Positions 27,404-36,989 of a stretch of 50,283 nucleotides of DNA are shown here, in pieces. Source of the DNA: a virus (Duplodnaviria > Caudoviricetes); the IMG/VR virus record IMGVR_UViG_3300033434_000004, positions 1 to 50,283 of that record, one strand, 5' to 3'. How positions within the stretch are numbered: the stretch's first letter is position 1; every line of letters begins with the position of its first letter. The notes below the pieces were generated by a model. It was not told the DNA's origin, searched no databases, and saw only the letters and a list, made by a program, of their open reading frames with translations. The position numbers and the translations under genes were made by a program.

Positions 27404-28068
27404 TAGTAAACACCACCCTTGTTGTAGTCATAATCATAAGTTGTATATGGCTTAACAAAATTATTTATCCCATACGCCTCTTGCCTATTTAACTGATTAA
27501 TATACTGCTCAAGCAACACAGTACCCTTTTGACGCCAATAGTTACCTTTATCAGTCTCGTCAAAATAATCGAAGTACTCAGCCGCCGCTACATAAATCCA
27601 CACTTCTGGTATCTCTGTTGTCGTGATATCAGTACTTGTAACAGTATCAGTTAGTTCATCCGGCCACACTTCAGCCAAAATATTAAATGTTCCACCAACT
27701 ATTGGTAAAATGTATAGATTTAACCCCTGCTCATAATAATGTGCAGGCTTCCCGTCCCTATAAAAATCAGGGTAGTATTCTCTCGCCGTAGCGTAATTTT
27801 CAAGTTTAATCAAAGGTATTTTTTCGGAACCTTTATCATGTTCAACAAGCTTCACAGCTTTTACTTTGAGCGCTGTAAGGTCAACAGCACCATCAACAAC
27901 TGCCACATTAGTTAAGAATTTTTGAAATTTAAATATCTCTTTATCCCGTATAATGGCTTTACGGAAAGTGTTCATGAAAAACAGTAATAAACTTCTGTCT
28001 ACGTCTTGCCTAGCCAGAATCTTTTCAGCTTTACCTAGCATATCGCTTGTGTTTATAGAACTCACCAC
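27403..28068 (-). CDS. Head-tail adaptor protein
   Basis: G.P..Y...LYILP motif; position between capsid and nozzle. Confidence 0.65.
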   Translation of the reverse strand: MVSSINTSDMLGKAEKILARQDVDRSLLLFFMNTFRKAIIRDKEIFKFQKFLTNVAVVDGAVDLTALKVKAVKLVEHDKGSEKIPLIKLENYATAREYYPDFYRDGKPAHYYEQGLNLYILPIVGGTFNILAEVWPDELTDTVTSTDITTTEIPEVWIYVAAAEYFDYFDETDKGNYWRQKGTVLLEQYINQLNRQEAYGINNFVKPYTTYDYDYNKGGVY

Positions 28069-28073
28069 CTTAC

Positions 28074-28104
28074 AAAAATTGAGGCAGGTTTTTACACCTG
28101 CCCC
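28074..28104 (-). terminator. Terminator after major capsid gene
   Basis: GGGGCAGGT/ACCTGCCTC stem then AATTTTT. Confidence 0.7.
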
Positions 28105-28194
28105 TTTTTCACTGACTACCGACGACGCTTATCTTGTACCATGCGTGTCACCACCTTTACAGTGTCTTTCAGCTCTTACCTGTACATTAACCTA

Positions 28195-29403
28195 TTAGTC
28201 TACTTTAGCACCAGTTTTGATTGTAATCATACCGAAGTCCTCACCGTTGAAGGTGGACTTCTCAATACCGTAAATCATGCTGGTAGCAAAACCAACCTGG
28301 TTGTAGTAATCAATAGTCGGATCTTCCGCCCATTCAGTTTCTTGTGCAACAGCGAACGCGCCGGCTTGTGCACCGAGGAATAAATTATGCGCAACGTTAG
28401 CGCTTGCGGCGCCTGTGCCGGAAATCTTAACATTCTCATGTTCGTGAATAATAACATTGTCCCAGATACCGATAGCCCCACTGAATAACGGATTGTCGGA
28501 ACCACGAACGTTAGCATTCAATTGAGCATTTTTCCAATCAGTGTCGTCGCGAAGATCACGGCCGGCTAACGGAGATATAACCATTACGTACATTTTTTTA
28601 CCCTCAACGTTAACAGGGCGGATGTTAGAACGTGCACCCAAATAACGACTGCAGGTCATAGCAACAGCCGATGCTGCTGTCGAAAATTTAGCATGAGCTG
28701 TAGCATGGGTAGCGTCAATTACCTCAGTAATGAGGCGCTCTTGTCCACTGATGGTGATTTTATCACCAACCATTAACTCAGTAGTAAATGCAGTAGACGC
28801 GCCAACAATCGCGTAGCTGTCAGCAGTTACAGTTACAGTGCCTGTAATTGTTTTAGCTACCGGAACGCCAGCCATTTGCGCTTTACGTTTTGCCTTAGAA
28901 ATTAAAGCAGTTGTCAGTTTATCGCCGTCGGTAAGGGAGCTTTCAGCCGTTGCTGTACCGCCATACAATACACGATTCGTGGAAGGTGAAGCCGCTAACG
29001 AAGTAAAGAAGTCTGTGTCAAGATATTCCTGCAGCCAGGTTGCCAGCCCTTCCTTTCCGGCGGTTCTTAAATCGATTTGCGTTTTTTGTTCTTCCATCTT
29101 GCCTTTAATTCTAACACCATTACGGATTTGGTCCACAGTTACCGCAAAATCGAAGAAAGCTAGAGGTTCTTCGTTACCCTCTAAGAGGTTATCACCGGTT
29201 ACACCGGAGCCAATTAATCTTGCCATAAGTGGGATAATAATCCTATCGCCGGCCTGCTTACTAAGTTCAACCTTTTTAGTGATGATAGAGTCTGCACCGG
29301 TGCCGATAAATTTGTTCCAGTAGAGAGTTTTCTCTACACTTTTCCACAGATCTTTCGCCCACGCCTTTTGAACTAAATTAGTGGGAATTCCTGTTAATGC
29401 CAT
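28195..29403 (-). CDS. Major capsid protein, N4-gp56/DUF4043 type
   Basis: GD.I...L...L.G.GV.GD..LEGNEE.L; RG.DNPLFSGAIG.WDNVIIHEH; LFLGAQA. Confidence 0.9.
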   Translation of the reverse strand: MALTGIPTNLVQKAWAKDLWKSVEKTLYWNKFIGTGADSIITKKVELSKQAGDRIIIPLMARLIGSGVTGDNLLEGNEEPLAFFDFAVTVDQIRNGVRIKGKMEEQKTQIDLRTAGKEGLATWLQEYLDTDFFTSLAASPSTNRVLYGGTATAESSLTDGDKLTTALISKAKRKAQMAGVPVAKTITGTVTVTADSYAIVGASTAFTTELMVGDKITISGQERLITEVIDATHATAHAKFSTAASAVAMTCSRYLGARSNIRPVNVEGKKMYVMVISPLAGRDLRDDTDWKNAQLNANVRGSDNPLFSGAIGIWDNVIIHEHENVKISGTGAASANVAHNLFLGAQAGAFAVAQETEWAEDPTIDYYNQVGFATSMIYGIEKSTFNGEDFGMITIKTGAKVD

Positions 29404-29409
29404 TTATAA

Positions 29410-30624
29410 TCATCCTCCATTTTTTAGTACCTCTAATTCTTCGTCTGTGATACTCCCGTCCTCCAGCTTCCTCGCAAGCTCGGCTACTGTGGTGGTAGTA
29501 GAACTACCGCCGCCGTTTAAACTTGCGCTGCGCGGTAATGATTTAGCTTGTTCCAGCTTCTTTTCCACTTTAGTCGCAGCACTGGCCGGCTTTTTAGCCG
29601 GTGGTTCGGGGTTGGTGTTACTTTCTCCAGCCTTTACTTTTTCTTGCTGGCGGTCATAAAGAAGCTCTGAAGATTCATAAAAGAATTTCAGAGCAGATAT
29701 GTCTTCATATGTCGCTTTACCCGCCTGCAAGCGTTGAACGCTGGAGAATAGAGATTTTTTCATTTCTGTAGGTTGGGTTTTAAGCCTTTCGTCAGCGAAT
29801 GCAAGTATATCTTGGAAGTTTTCTTTCGAATTCAGATCATCTAGAAAACCCTTACTTGTCGCCATTCTTTCATCTTGTTCCCGTTTTTGATTAGCCGCAA
29901 CCTGCTGGATACTTCTATCCAAATCGTTGATTATTGAATTGAGCCGCACGGTGTCTTTTGCCCGCATATTTATTTTCATGTCAGACAAAACGTCTTGATC
30001 ATCATCGTTAAACGGATCATAGTCACGACCAAATTGCTCAGTAAACGCCGCACGGGCTTTGGCCGAAAGGTCAGAAGCTGTAGGTGCGTAACCAAATCGC
30101 TGTTTAAAGATTTTCTCAGACTCTGCATACAGCCTATCAACGTAAGGGATACCATCATCCTTAGTTTGTGGAACTGCTGTGGGTTGTGGCGCGGATTGAG
30201 CTGGTACCTCCACTTGAAGCGGGGCCTTTGCCTTAGCTTCGAGCTTAGCTTTTAGTTCTTCAATAACCTTATCACGTGCAGAAAGCTCTACATCTTTAGC
30301 TTTCCGTTTATCACGCTCCGCTTTAAGGGCGGCATACGGTACAGTTTTCTTTGTACCCTCGGGATGTTCTTCAACTTCTTCCAGGTCTTCCATTTCTTCC
30401 AGATCTTCGGAATCGGCTGGAGTATCACTGGGTTTGTCTTCTACATCGCCTTCTTTACTTTCGTCAGGAGCAACTACAGCTTCTTGGCCCTCTTCCGGTG
30501 TTTTAACGGGTTCCGGTTCTCCCGATTTTTCAGGCGCGTATTCAGCCATAATCTCCCTGACAGTCTCTTCACTAATACCCTGCAATTCCTCTGGTGTAGG
30601 AATTTTATCGACTTCGTTAGCCAT
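29410..30624 (-). CDS. Capsid scaffolding protein
   Basis: Acidic disordered N-terminus, VPYAALKAERDKRK motif, immediately upstream of MCP. Confidence 0.75.
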   Translation of the reverse strand: MANEVDKIPTPEELQGISEETVREIMAEYAPEKSGEPEPVKTPEEGQEAVVAPDESKEGDVEDKPSDTPADSEDLEEMEDLEEVEEHPEGTKKTVPYAALKAERDKRKAKDVELSARDKVIEELKAKLEAKAKAPLQVEVPAQSAPQPTAVPQTKDDGIPYVDRLYAESEKIFKQRFGYAPTASDLSAKARAAFTEQFGRDYDPFNDDDQDVLSDMKINMRAKDTVRLNSIINDLDRSIQQVAANQKREQDERMATSKGFLDDLNSKENFQDILAFADERLKTQPTEMKKSLFSSVQRLQAGKATYEDISALKFFYESSELLYDRQQEKVKAGESNTNPEPPAKKPASAATKVEKKLEQAKSLPRSASLNGGGSSTTTTVAELARKLEDGSITDEELEVLKNGG

Positions 30625-30732
30625 GAATAACCTCCTGTTTAACGTCCTGTGGACGATGCGCTCGTGTATCGCCCAAGCGAAGCGAATTGTTACTATATAA
30701 ATGAAAAAACAGTCTACGTAATTGTAGCCTGT

Positions 30733-30984
30733 TTAATCAAATAAACCCATGCCGTGCAAAAGTGTAACCGATTCCCTCATACAATTTAAAGTATTAATGG
30801 TATCGGTATTCATTGTTCCACCTTTTTCGATGTTCTCGGCTCGTGCCTTTACAGCTTTTATGTACTGAATAAGCACTTCTTTTGCAAGAGTTTTTTCCTC
30901 TGCCACGGTTACCGCCACTGTGGTATCTGCCGCTGTTTCTACAACTGCATCAGTTGAAACTTCATCTTTTGTTGTCTTGGCCAT
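30733..30984 (-). CDS. Hypothetical protein
   Basis: GAGGG RBS; between portal and scaffold. Confidence 0.7.
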   Translation of the reverse strand: MAKTTKDEVSTDAVVETAADTTVAVTVAEEKTLAKEVLIQYIKAVKARAENIEKGGTMNTDTINTLNCMRESVTLLHGMGLFD

Positions 30985-31006
30985 ACTATCCCTCTTTTCT
31001 TAATTT

Positions 31007-33232
31007 TTACATACTAGCAGCGCGCATTTGATCTATGGTCATTACTCCACGATCTACAGGCAATGAGTTACCTAAATTGTACTGCATGTTCTGCGACATA
31101 CCTGGTTGCGGCATTTGTGCCAACAACGCTTGAGCCGTTTCAGCTGGTATTAGCCCGCGCTGTACAGCCTGCTGCAGTACTTCCGGATTCATTTTACCTT
31201 GCTGCACCAATTGCCTAATCATATCAGCCGGATTACCACCTTGCTGACCACCTTGCTGACCACCTTGCTGACCACCTTGCTGACCACCTTGCTGCTGTGC
31301 CAAGGCATTAGGATTAAGCTGTATACCAGCCTTAGCCGCCAACTGCACCTGACCCAAAGGCGGTAAGTCTTTAAAACTGATAGACTGTGAAATTTTATCC
31401 GGCTGCTTCGGCTGCTGCTTAATTTGTGCCTGCGCTGCCAACATCTGCTGTTGCTTTTGCTTTTCTTCATTGATACGTTGAATAATTTGATCCTTATTCT
31501 GCCAATCGCTTGCTTCAACCAACATATCCACCGGAATGGGAACTTGCAGTTTCATAGCTTCTAACATAGCGTAGAACTGAGAAATCCTTGCTGTAGCCGC
31601 TGCCGCGGTATCACTTACAACAATATCGAATTCCCCAATAGTTAAATCGTTTGCCGTCTGCTGTATCCACCCTTGCAGAGGATCGTAGCTAGGCGGCTGC
31701 TGTTGATTAACCGTAATGAAGTCAGTCTGTCCTGATTCTCCCATTACCCGGAAGGTCATTTCATCAGTGTAAAACTGCTGCATAATTCCTTTTCGTCTCG
31801 GCTTGCCCCAAAGACGAATAAGCACAGCTTTTTTACCAACCCGGAAATTATCGAATAGTAGCGCAAGGTGCGTTACAGCCTGCTTTTGCCGTAATTCGAT
31901 AGCCCTGCCACTTGTATTGTTTGACAGGCTGCTGCTACCTAACAAAGCCTCATTGATACCTGATACATCTTTAATATCAGCTACATTAGACTGTTCGTCC
32001 TGAATAATTGACGCTGGCATGTTAGGCGCGTCTATACGACTAGGAGCCTGCCTACCATTCATATATTCCAGCATAACACCAGGAGTACTAGCAGACTGTT
32101 TCCAAATAGATTTTTGCGCGCTATCAAGCGTACCCTGTTCAAAAATCCAACCAGAGTTAGCTTGCGTACTCAAAATGTGCATCTTCTGTGAACGTCGTTT
32201 GTTAACCTCCCGCTGCAAATCCTTTATATCCCGTACAATACCCGCGGGTGTATCTCCATACTCGCCTATGTAGTAGCCCGGAATCTGTACAAAAGGAAAC
32301 TCACCATGTTCATAAGGTGAGTCCATAGATTCTAACAATGTATCTTGTAGAAATACAGCTACTTTGATTCGACATACATTACGTTCAATCAGTTTTACAA
32401 CTGACTCAGCTTGCGCAATGTCAAATTTATCTACAGGGACAATCGAACCAGACTGCAGTAAGAACGCATCTTCATGTATATACTGCTTGTAGTAGCATTC
32501 TACCAATCGAACCTTTTTCGTGTCGCGCATGTACCACAATGGTTCCAGCGCAATATAATCAGTACTTTCGGTAGTATCATAGCGCTTTGTACAACTTTCA
32601 ATAGCATCAGCATTCTCCGGATAGACTAACTTTAGTTTGTCCTTTGGATACCACCTCGCCCGAATAACATACTCAGCATCAGACAAATCTATCTCCTTAG
32701 ACTCGGGATCAACGTACATATTAAAAGGAGATTCCCTCGTAATTCGCGCGTTACCCTCCAATGTCTCACTATCCATATGATAGTCAACAGAGAACCAGCC
32801 CCGGCCGCAAATTATAACATCCTCAAAAACGCGCGACTCAACATCAGCGAATTCAGAAACATCGAAAACAAACTTCGTCATTTCCTTTCGTATCTTACAT
32901 AAACCAATGTCCTTCGATGTTCGAGGTAAGAAGTCAGGTTCAAAACGATTCTGCCGCTGATAACCGGACATCAAGTTAATTAAAGGCTTGATTCTATTTA
33001 CAGTTATAACAGGCTTACCCTGCGCGTGCATTGAAAGCACGTCAGCATCAGACCACTGTTTTCCTCTATAGAATTCATAATCCTCTATCGCTTCGTCACG
33101 CCAAACCTTGTTACGATCTACAGCGTTTTTAAACCACTGCCGAAGCGTGCCAAGATCAACTTCTTCCATGGTATCCGGCGCCCGAGCCTCAGGTTTAGCC
33201 ACCGCCAATACTTCTATGTCCAACTTCATCAC
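31007..33232 (-). CDS. Portal protein (P22-like) with Q/G-rich C-terminal extension
   Basis: D.EFY.G.QW...NRIKP.IN...G; G.V...KD.QRE.NKRRS; SGRAI..RQ.Q. Confidence 0.9.
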   Translation of the reverse strand: MMKLDIEVLAVAKPEARAPDTMEEVDLGTLRQWFKNAVDRNKVWRDEAIEDYEFYRGKQWSDADVLSMHAQGKPVITVNRIKPLINLMSGYQRQNRFEPDFLPRTSKDIGLCKIRKEMTKFVFDVSEFADVESRVFEDVIICGRGWFSVDYHMDSETLEGNARITRESPFNMYVDPESKEIDLSDAEYVIRARWYPKDKLKLVYPENADAIESCTKRYDTTESTDYIALEPLWYMRDTKKVRLVECYYKQYIHEDAFLLQSGSIVPVDKFDIAQAESVVKLIERNVCRIKVAVFLQDTLLESMDSPYEHGEFPFVQIPGYYIGEYGDTPAGIVRDIKDLQREVNKRRSQKMHILSTQANSGWIFEQGTLDSAQKSIWKQSASTPGVMLEYMNGRQAPSRIDAPNMPASIIQDEQSNVADIKDVSGINEALLGSSSLSNNTSGRAIELRQKQAVTHLALLFDNFRVGKKAVLIRLWGKPRRKGIMQQFYTDEMTFRVMGESGQTDFITVNQQQPPSYDPLQGWIQQTANDLTIGEFDIVVSDTAAAATARISQFYAMLEAMKLQVPIPVDMLVEASDWQNKDQIIQRINEEKQKQQQMLAAQAQIKQQPKQPDKISQSISFKDLPPLGQVQLAAKAGIQLNPNALAQQQGGQQGGQQGGQQGGQQGGNPADMIRQLVQQGKMNPEVLQQAVQRGLIPAETAQALLAQMPQPGMSQNMQYNLGNSLPVDRGVMTIDQMRAASM
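31235..31294. repeat. 12-bp tandem repeat x5 (QQGG repeats in portal tail)
   Basis: ACCACCTTGCTG x5. Confidence 0.9.
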
Positions 33233-34581
33233 CCCGCCATCCAGCTTGTACCATCATCTGGTTTCTTAGTTCTATATCTATCAGTTTTTTTCTGCGTCGG
33301 TTTTTCGTGTGTCGGAGACCAGGGACGAGACATTAAAAGATACCTAAGAGCGTCAGCTAAATGATCCTCTTCATCACTATTAACATCTTCCAGCCGGTGC
33401 TTATCGTGAGACAGCAAAGGCAGCGTCCGTATTAAATGCTCACACGTATCGAATATCTTCAGCTTCGGTCCACTCTTATCACCCTTAAGCCGATTTCGTA
33501 TTTGTTGCCAGCCCTGCAAACGATCATTTACAGCTTTTGAGAAGTACACACCCTCGCTGCAAAAGTCCTCGTAAATAGAAGGGCCGCTACTGCCTGTCTT
33601 AATCCATAGTGCAGGGTCAGCAATCGATAAGCTGACTGTCTCTGTCTCAAGCTCTTTCGCCCTTCGCGCAACGTCTGTGGCTATTTCTTTAGTACCAACG
33701 TTAGGCTCACCATCCTTACAGCCGTACAATTCTCTGTAAATGTACATACAGCCGTCATAATCCAGGGCGCCCCACACAAATGCATAAGGTTTAGCGCTAC
33801 CCCAGTCATGCGCTTTGAACTTCAACCAGCTTTCTGGAATATCAAACGGCTCAACCACATGAACACTATCGCGGAACTCAGAAAAAAACTGTCCGGCCAT
33901 TGCATTCCAGTCACCTTCTAAGTGAGCTTTCCGCAAATGTTCGGGCAGTGCTTCCAGTACGCTAATGTACTCAGGGTTATTGTCCATGAGCAGTTTGTTA
34001 TCGTAAACAGTAGCTGGGATAAAGCTGTAGTCATTTGGATTCTCTTTCCCTTGATACTGTTTGTCTATAAACAACCTCTTGAAATAAGCGTGAGATACGC
34101 CACCAGGATTCATTGTATAATAAATCCGCGGCTTGAAGTCAGACCTCGTACTACGATTACAAGTATTTATAAATTCGATCCAAGACTGTTTAAACTGCGT
34201 AGCCTCTTCGTATATAATGACGTCTGTTTCCAGCCCTTGAAAGCTGTCAAGGTCGCCGTCGCAATCACAGTAGCCCATACGAATTCTGCTGCCGTTAGGG
34301 AAGATAAATGTCTTAGTCTGCGAAGAATACTTAGCGAGGCCATTAAGCACCCCAATTAAAGGCAAGATATGATTCTCGTAAAGTGTCGTTAAATTACGTC
34401 TAAGAAACAAAATCTTTAAATTCGAATAAGTCAGAGCCAGGAGTATGGCCTTTGTTCTAGCGGCCCACGACTTCCCGCCTTAACCTCCCCGAGCACCACC
34501 ATAGGCAACATACCTTCCGGTTGATTGGAAAAACATTACTTGTTTAGGATTCGGCCTAACATCAAGTTCTATAGTTGGCAT
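33229..34581 (-). CDS. terL: Terminase large subunit, interrupted by in-frame TAA at 34480-34482 in Walker A (pseudogene or recoded)
   Basis: ATG 34581 with AAGGGGGTGG RBS gives MPTIELDVRPNPKQ...YGGARGG*GGKSW, in frame with the 34410 ORF (EEATQF, NPGG, DWG, DHLADALRY). Confidence 0.85.
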
Positions 34582-34608
34582 CGAGTAAAACCACCCCCTT
34601 TCTCACTA

Positions 34609-34803
34609 CTAATACCACTTAAATAAATGTGAGTATGCTTCATATCGAAAACCAGGATAGCTGCATGCGACAGAAGACGCTTTAGGTTTTCCAGAAGTTT
34701 CCCGAACGTTTACAGCTCTTCTTGATTCTTCTTTCGCTTGCGAAGGAAGAAATTCTATTGGCTGTTTTGACAAGCCTGTAACATACTCCTTGAACACCGT
34801 CAT
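34609..34803 (-). CDS. Hypothetical protein
   Basis: GAGGGGG RBS; ATGA overlap with upstream gene. Confidence 0.5.
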   Translation of the reverse strand: MTVFKEYVTGLSKQPIEFLPSQAKEESRRAVNVRETSGKPKASSVACSYPGFRYEAYSHLFKWY

Positions 34804-35501
34804 AAGGCCCCCTCTTTAACAGGTTCACTAAACACGTTTGCGAGGCCCTTGCTGCAACCTACGTTATCAGCACTGAGCCGAATTTTAGGCTTAATCCCTT
34901 TGCACGATCTATTTAGATGTTTCAGGTAGCCCAATTGATCGTGCGTAAAGTTACTCGAACCGTCTACCAGTACTAAATCAAATTCGAGGCCACCAAGACT
35001 AAAGGCATCTTCCATGGTTCTTATAACCCTAAAGCGCATCTTGGCACCCGATGGAAATATAACTAAATTTTGAGCAGGGACAAACTGTAGGGTATTGACA
35101 GGAAACATACGCGCTAACTGTTCGCAAGCGTACATAACACCACCCGTACTGACATACAGCCCACTGAAATCCGCTATGTCCTTGTACTTTTCAATTTCAG
35201 ACAGCAAGGCGTAAGTCTTACCGCTGCGCCTGCCACCGGTTACTACAGCTATGCGATCTTCTAACGTGTGGAATTCTTTCTGTTTCGCCGTTAAGCCGGC
35301 GCCTGTTGCGAATACATGTTTTCGGGGAGCTGCAGCTCTTGATTCTTTATGGGATTCCGGTTTACGCTCCATCAGATCCTGTATTGTGCAAGCCGTTGCA
35401 CACTCGCGGTCTTGCATACTTATACAGATTGCTGTACATGTTTCAACACCTCTATATGCACAACCTATAGTGTCGCATCGGACTACAGCCAAATTGACCA
35501 A
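34800..35501 (-). CDS. Cys-rich N-terminus fused to a terminase-like ATPase N-domain (no nuclease domain)
   Basis: LTAKQKEF...VTGGRRSGKT...FPSGAKMRF...GLEFDLVLVD; N-terminal C....C.Y....C.A..I. Confidence 0.75.
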   Translation of the reverse strand: MVNLAVVRCDTIGCAYRGVETCTAICISMQDRECATACTIQDLMERKPESHKESRAAAPRKHVFATGAGLTAKQKEFHTLEDRIAVVTGGRRSGKTYALLSEIEKYKDIADFSGLYVSTGGVMYACEQLARMFPVNTLQFVPAQNLVIFPSGAKMRFRVIRTMEDAFSLGGLEFDLVLVDGSSNFTHDQLGYLKHLNRSCKGIKPKIRLSADNVGCSKGLANVFSEPVKEGAL

Positions 35502-36519
35502 CTCCCTTTTTTCTAAAAAATTTTTTCGGGGTGCCTTTATTTACAGCTCTTAAAATTTCCAGGGGTACCTTTTGTTTTCCGCTTTTCGTGGAAGTCTACA
35601 GCTCTTAGAATTTGCTGTAGGCCACTTTTTAAGGCCGTGGTGCGATTTTTAGGTGGTGCGGAATATGATTGGAAGGGACACAGGTTCAAAATTAGTGTAG
35701 CCGGTTTATTTTTTGAGGTTCGGAATAATTACTTCGAGGTTCGTAATTGGAAACGATTTCCAGGAAGTTCAAAATTCGAAAATTGTATGTCGTGGAATAT
35801 AGAGGGGGAGACGGACGCGGCGCGAAGGGGCCATACGGGGGGTGGGGGCCGGTACGCACCGCGTCCGCCCGTACCGGCCAGATACCACCGCCACCCGTTA
35901 CTTAACCAACCCCATACACCAGCCAGCCTACGACAGTCGAACCGAGTACCAACACCACCTAACCCAACCAATTAAACTGCGCTACGTAAGGCATACGAGC
36001 CTCGTCACGCGTTTTTCAGGTAGTGGCTGGCACATTCGGACAGGCAGCACCACTCTAAACTCGCCAGAACGAATGCTTAGTTCGGTTAACGGATTTCGGA
36101 TTCAGTCTCAGTCTGATTAGGTATTCGTGCTTCGTAATCTTGGTCAAGTACTTCTCACCTCGTTCTGCTTACCAATGACAAACCAATGTCAATTTCCATT
36201 TTATTCAAATCTATGTCCTATAAGATCTATTATGGTATATAACGAACCCAGAAATTACGCGGGTTTTCAGGTTTTCACGCTTTTTAGTAGACAATAACGA
36301 GAGCCTAGTTTACTATAACAACGTTTTTCGTATGTTTTTAGGCTGGCCAGCGTCTACAGCTTTTAAGGCGCGATCAAGGCCAGAAATAAGAAAAACGAGC
36401 ACATTAGCCCGTTTTTTCTTATTTATACTGAAATAACGACGCCATATAAAGCCCGTGGTGAGGTTTTCAGGACAGCCCCTGTATGTTAGTACCATGGAAT
36501 AAACGGTCGCTGAAATTGA

Positions 36520-36876
36520 TTATTTACCCCAGGATTCTAGGTCGCCCTGCAGCTTTACTACAATTGCGGAGCCTTCTTCATCCCCACAAATAGGTTGAGC
36601 TGCCTTACCATAGACACGCTCGATCAGGATTTCGGACGCCTTGATTCGGTCAGACGGTTTGCTTTTCGGATCTTTCGCTATATCAATAACCACCTGAAAC
36701 ATTTCAGGAGCTATTCGTTTAAGCATTTCTTTTAACTCGACGGGCATCTTCGGCCTGCCTGATGGGTTTCCGGATTGGCCGGGCTTCCACGCTCTTGCCA
36801 TAAGATCCTCACGCATACCTTTTTTAGCAGGCTTGGTGTTATCCTGCTTGTTAGCACCCTCATCTTTAGCCACCAT
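36520..36876 (-). CDS. terS: Terminase small subunit (DUF5681-like; start reassigned)
   Basis: WKPGQSGNPSGRPK...ILIERVYGKAAQ; AAGGTGGT RBS; downstream of RinA-type promoter. Confidence 0.75.
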   Translation of the reverse strand: MVAKDEGANKQDNTKPAKKGMREDLMARAWKPGQSGNPSGRPKMPVELKEMLKRIAPEMFQVVIDIAKDPKSKPSDRIKASEILIERVYGKAAQPICGDEEGSAIVVKLQGDLESWGK

Positions 36877-36937
36877 CAACACCACCTTTCTGCACAAAAT
36901 AAAGAGTACTGCTCCGTTTGGAACAGTACTTGATACT

Positions 36938-36984
36938 ACTATAATATCACATAAAAACATCTAAAACGGACACAAAGCGGACAA
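36938..36984 (-). promoter_or_regulatory. Late promoter with probable RinA-type binding repeats
   Basis: Tandem TTGTCCGCTTT/GTGTCCGTTTT right after activator stop, then TG-A-TATTAT extended -10. Confidence 0.6.
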
Positions 36985-36989
36985 TTTTA

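Noticed and set aside
28116-28142. 8-codon ORF MVQDKRRR with AAGGTGG RBS after the capsid gene
   Set aside because: Too short to support without conservation or ribosome data.
31219-31518. 99-aa alternative-frame ORF with SKVV repeats
   Set aside because: By-product of the 12-bp repeat in the portal tail; no RBS.
34474-34488. Group I intron or intein at the terL stop
   Set aside because: Only 6 extra nt; no room for a catalytic intron or intein. An intron scar cannot be excluded.
10451-35553. Numerous + strand ORFs opposite structural genes
   Set aside because: Antisense shadows of long minus-strand genes, without RBS or recognisable motifs.
35637-36495. ORFs in the terS-terL gap
   Set aside because: No convincing RBS, atypical composition, mutually overlapping on both strands.
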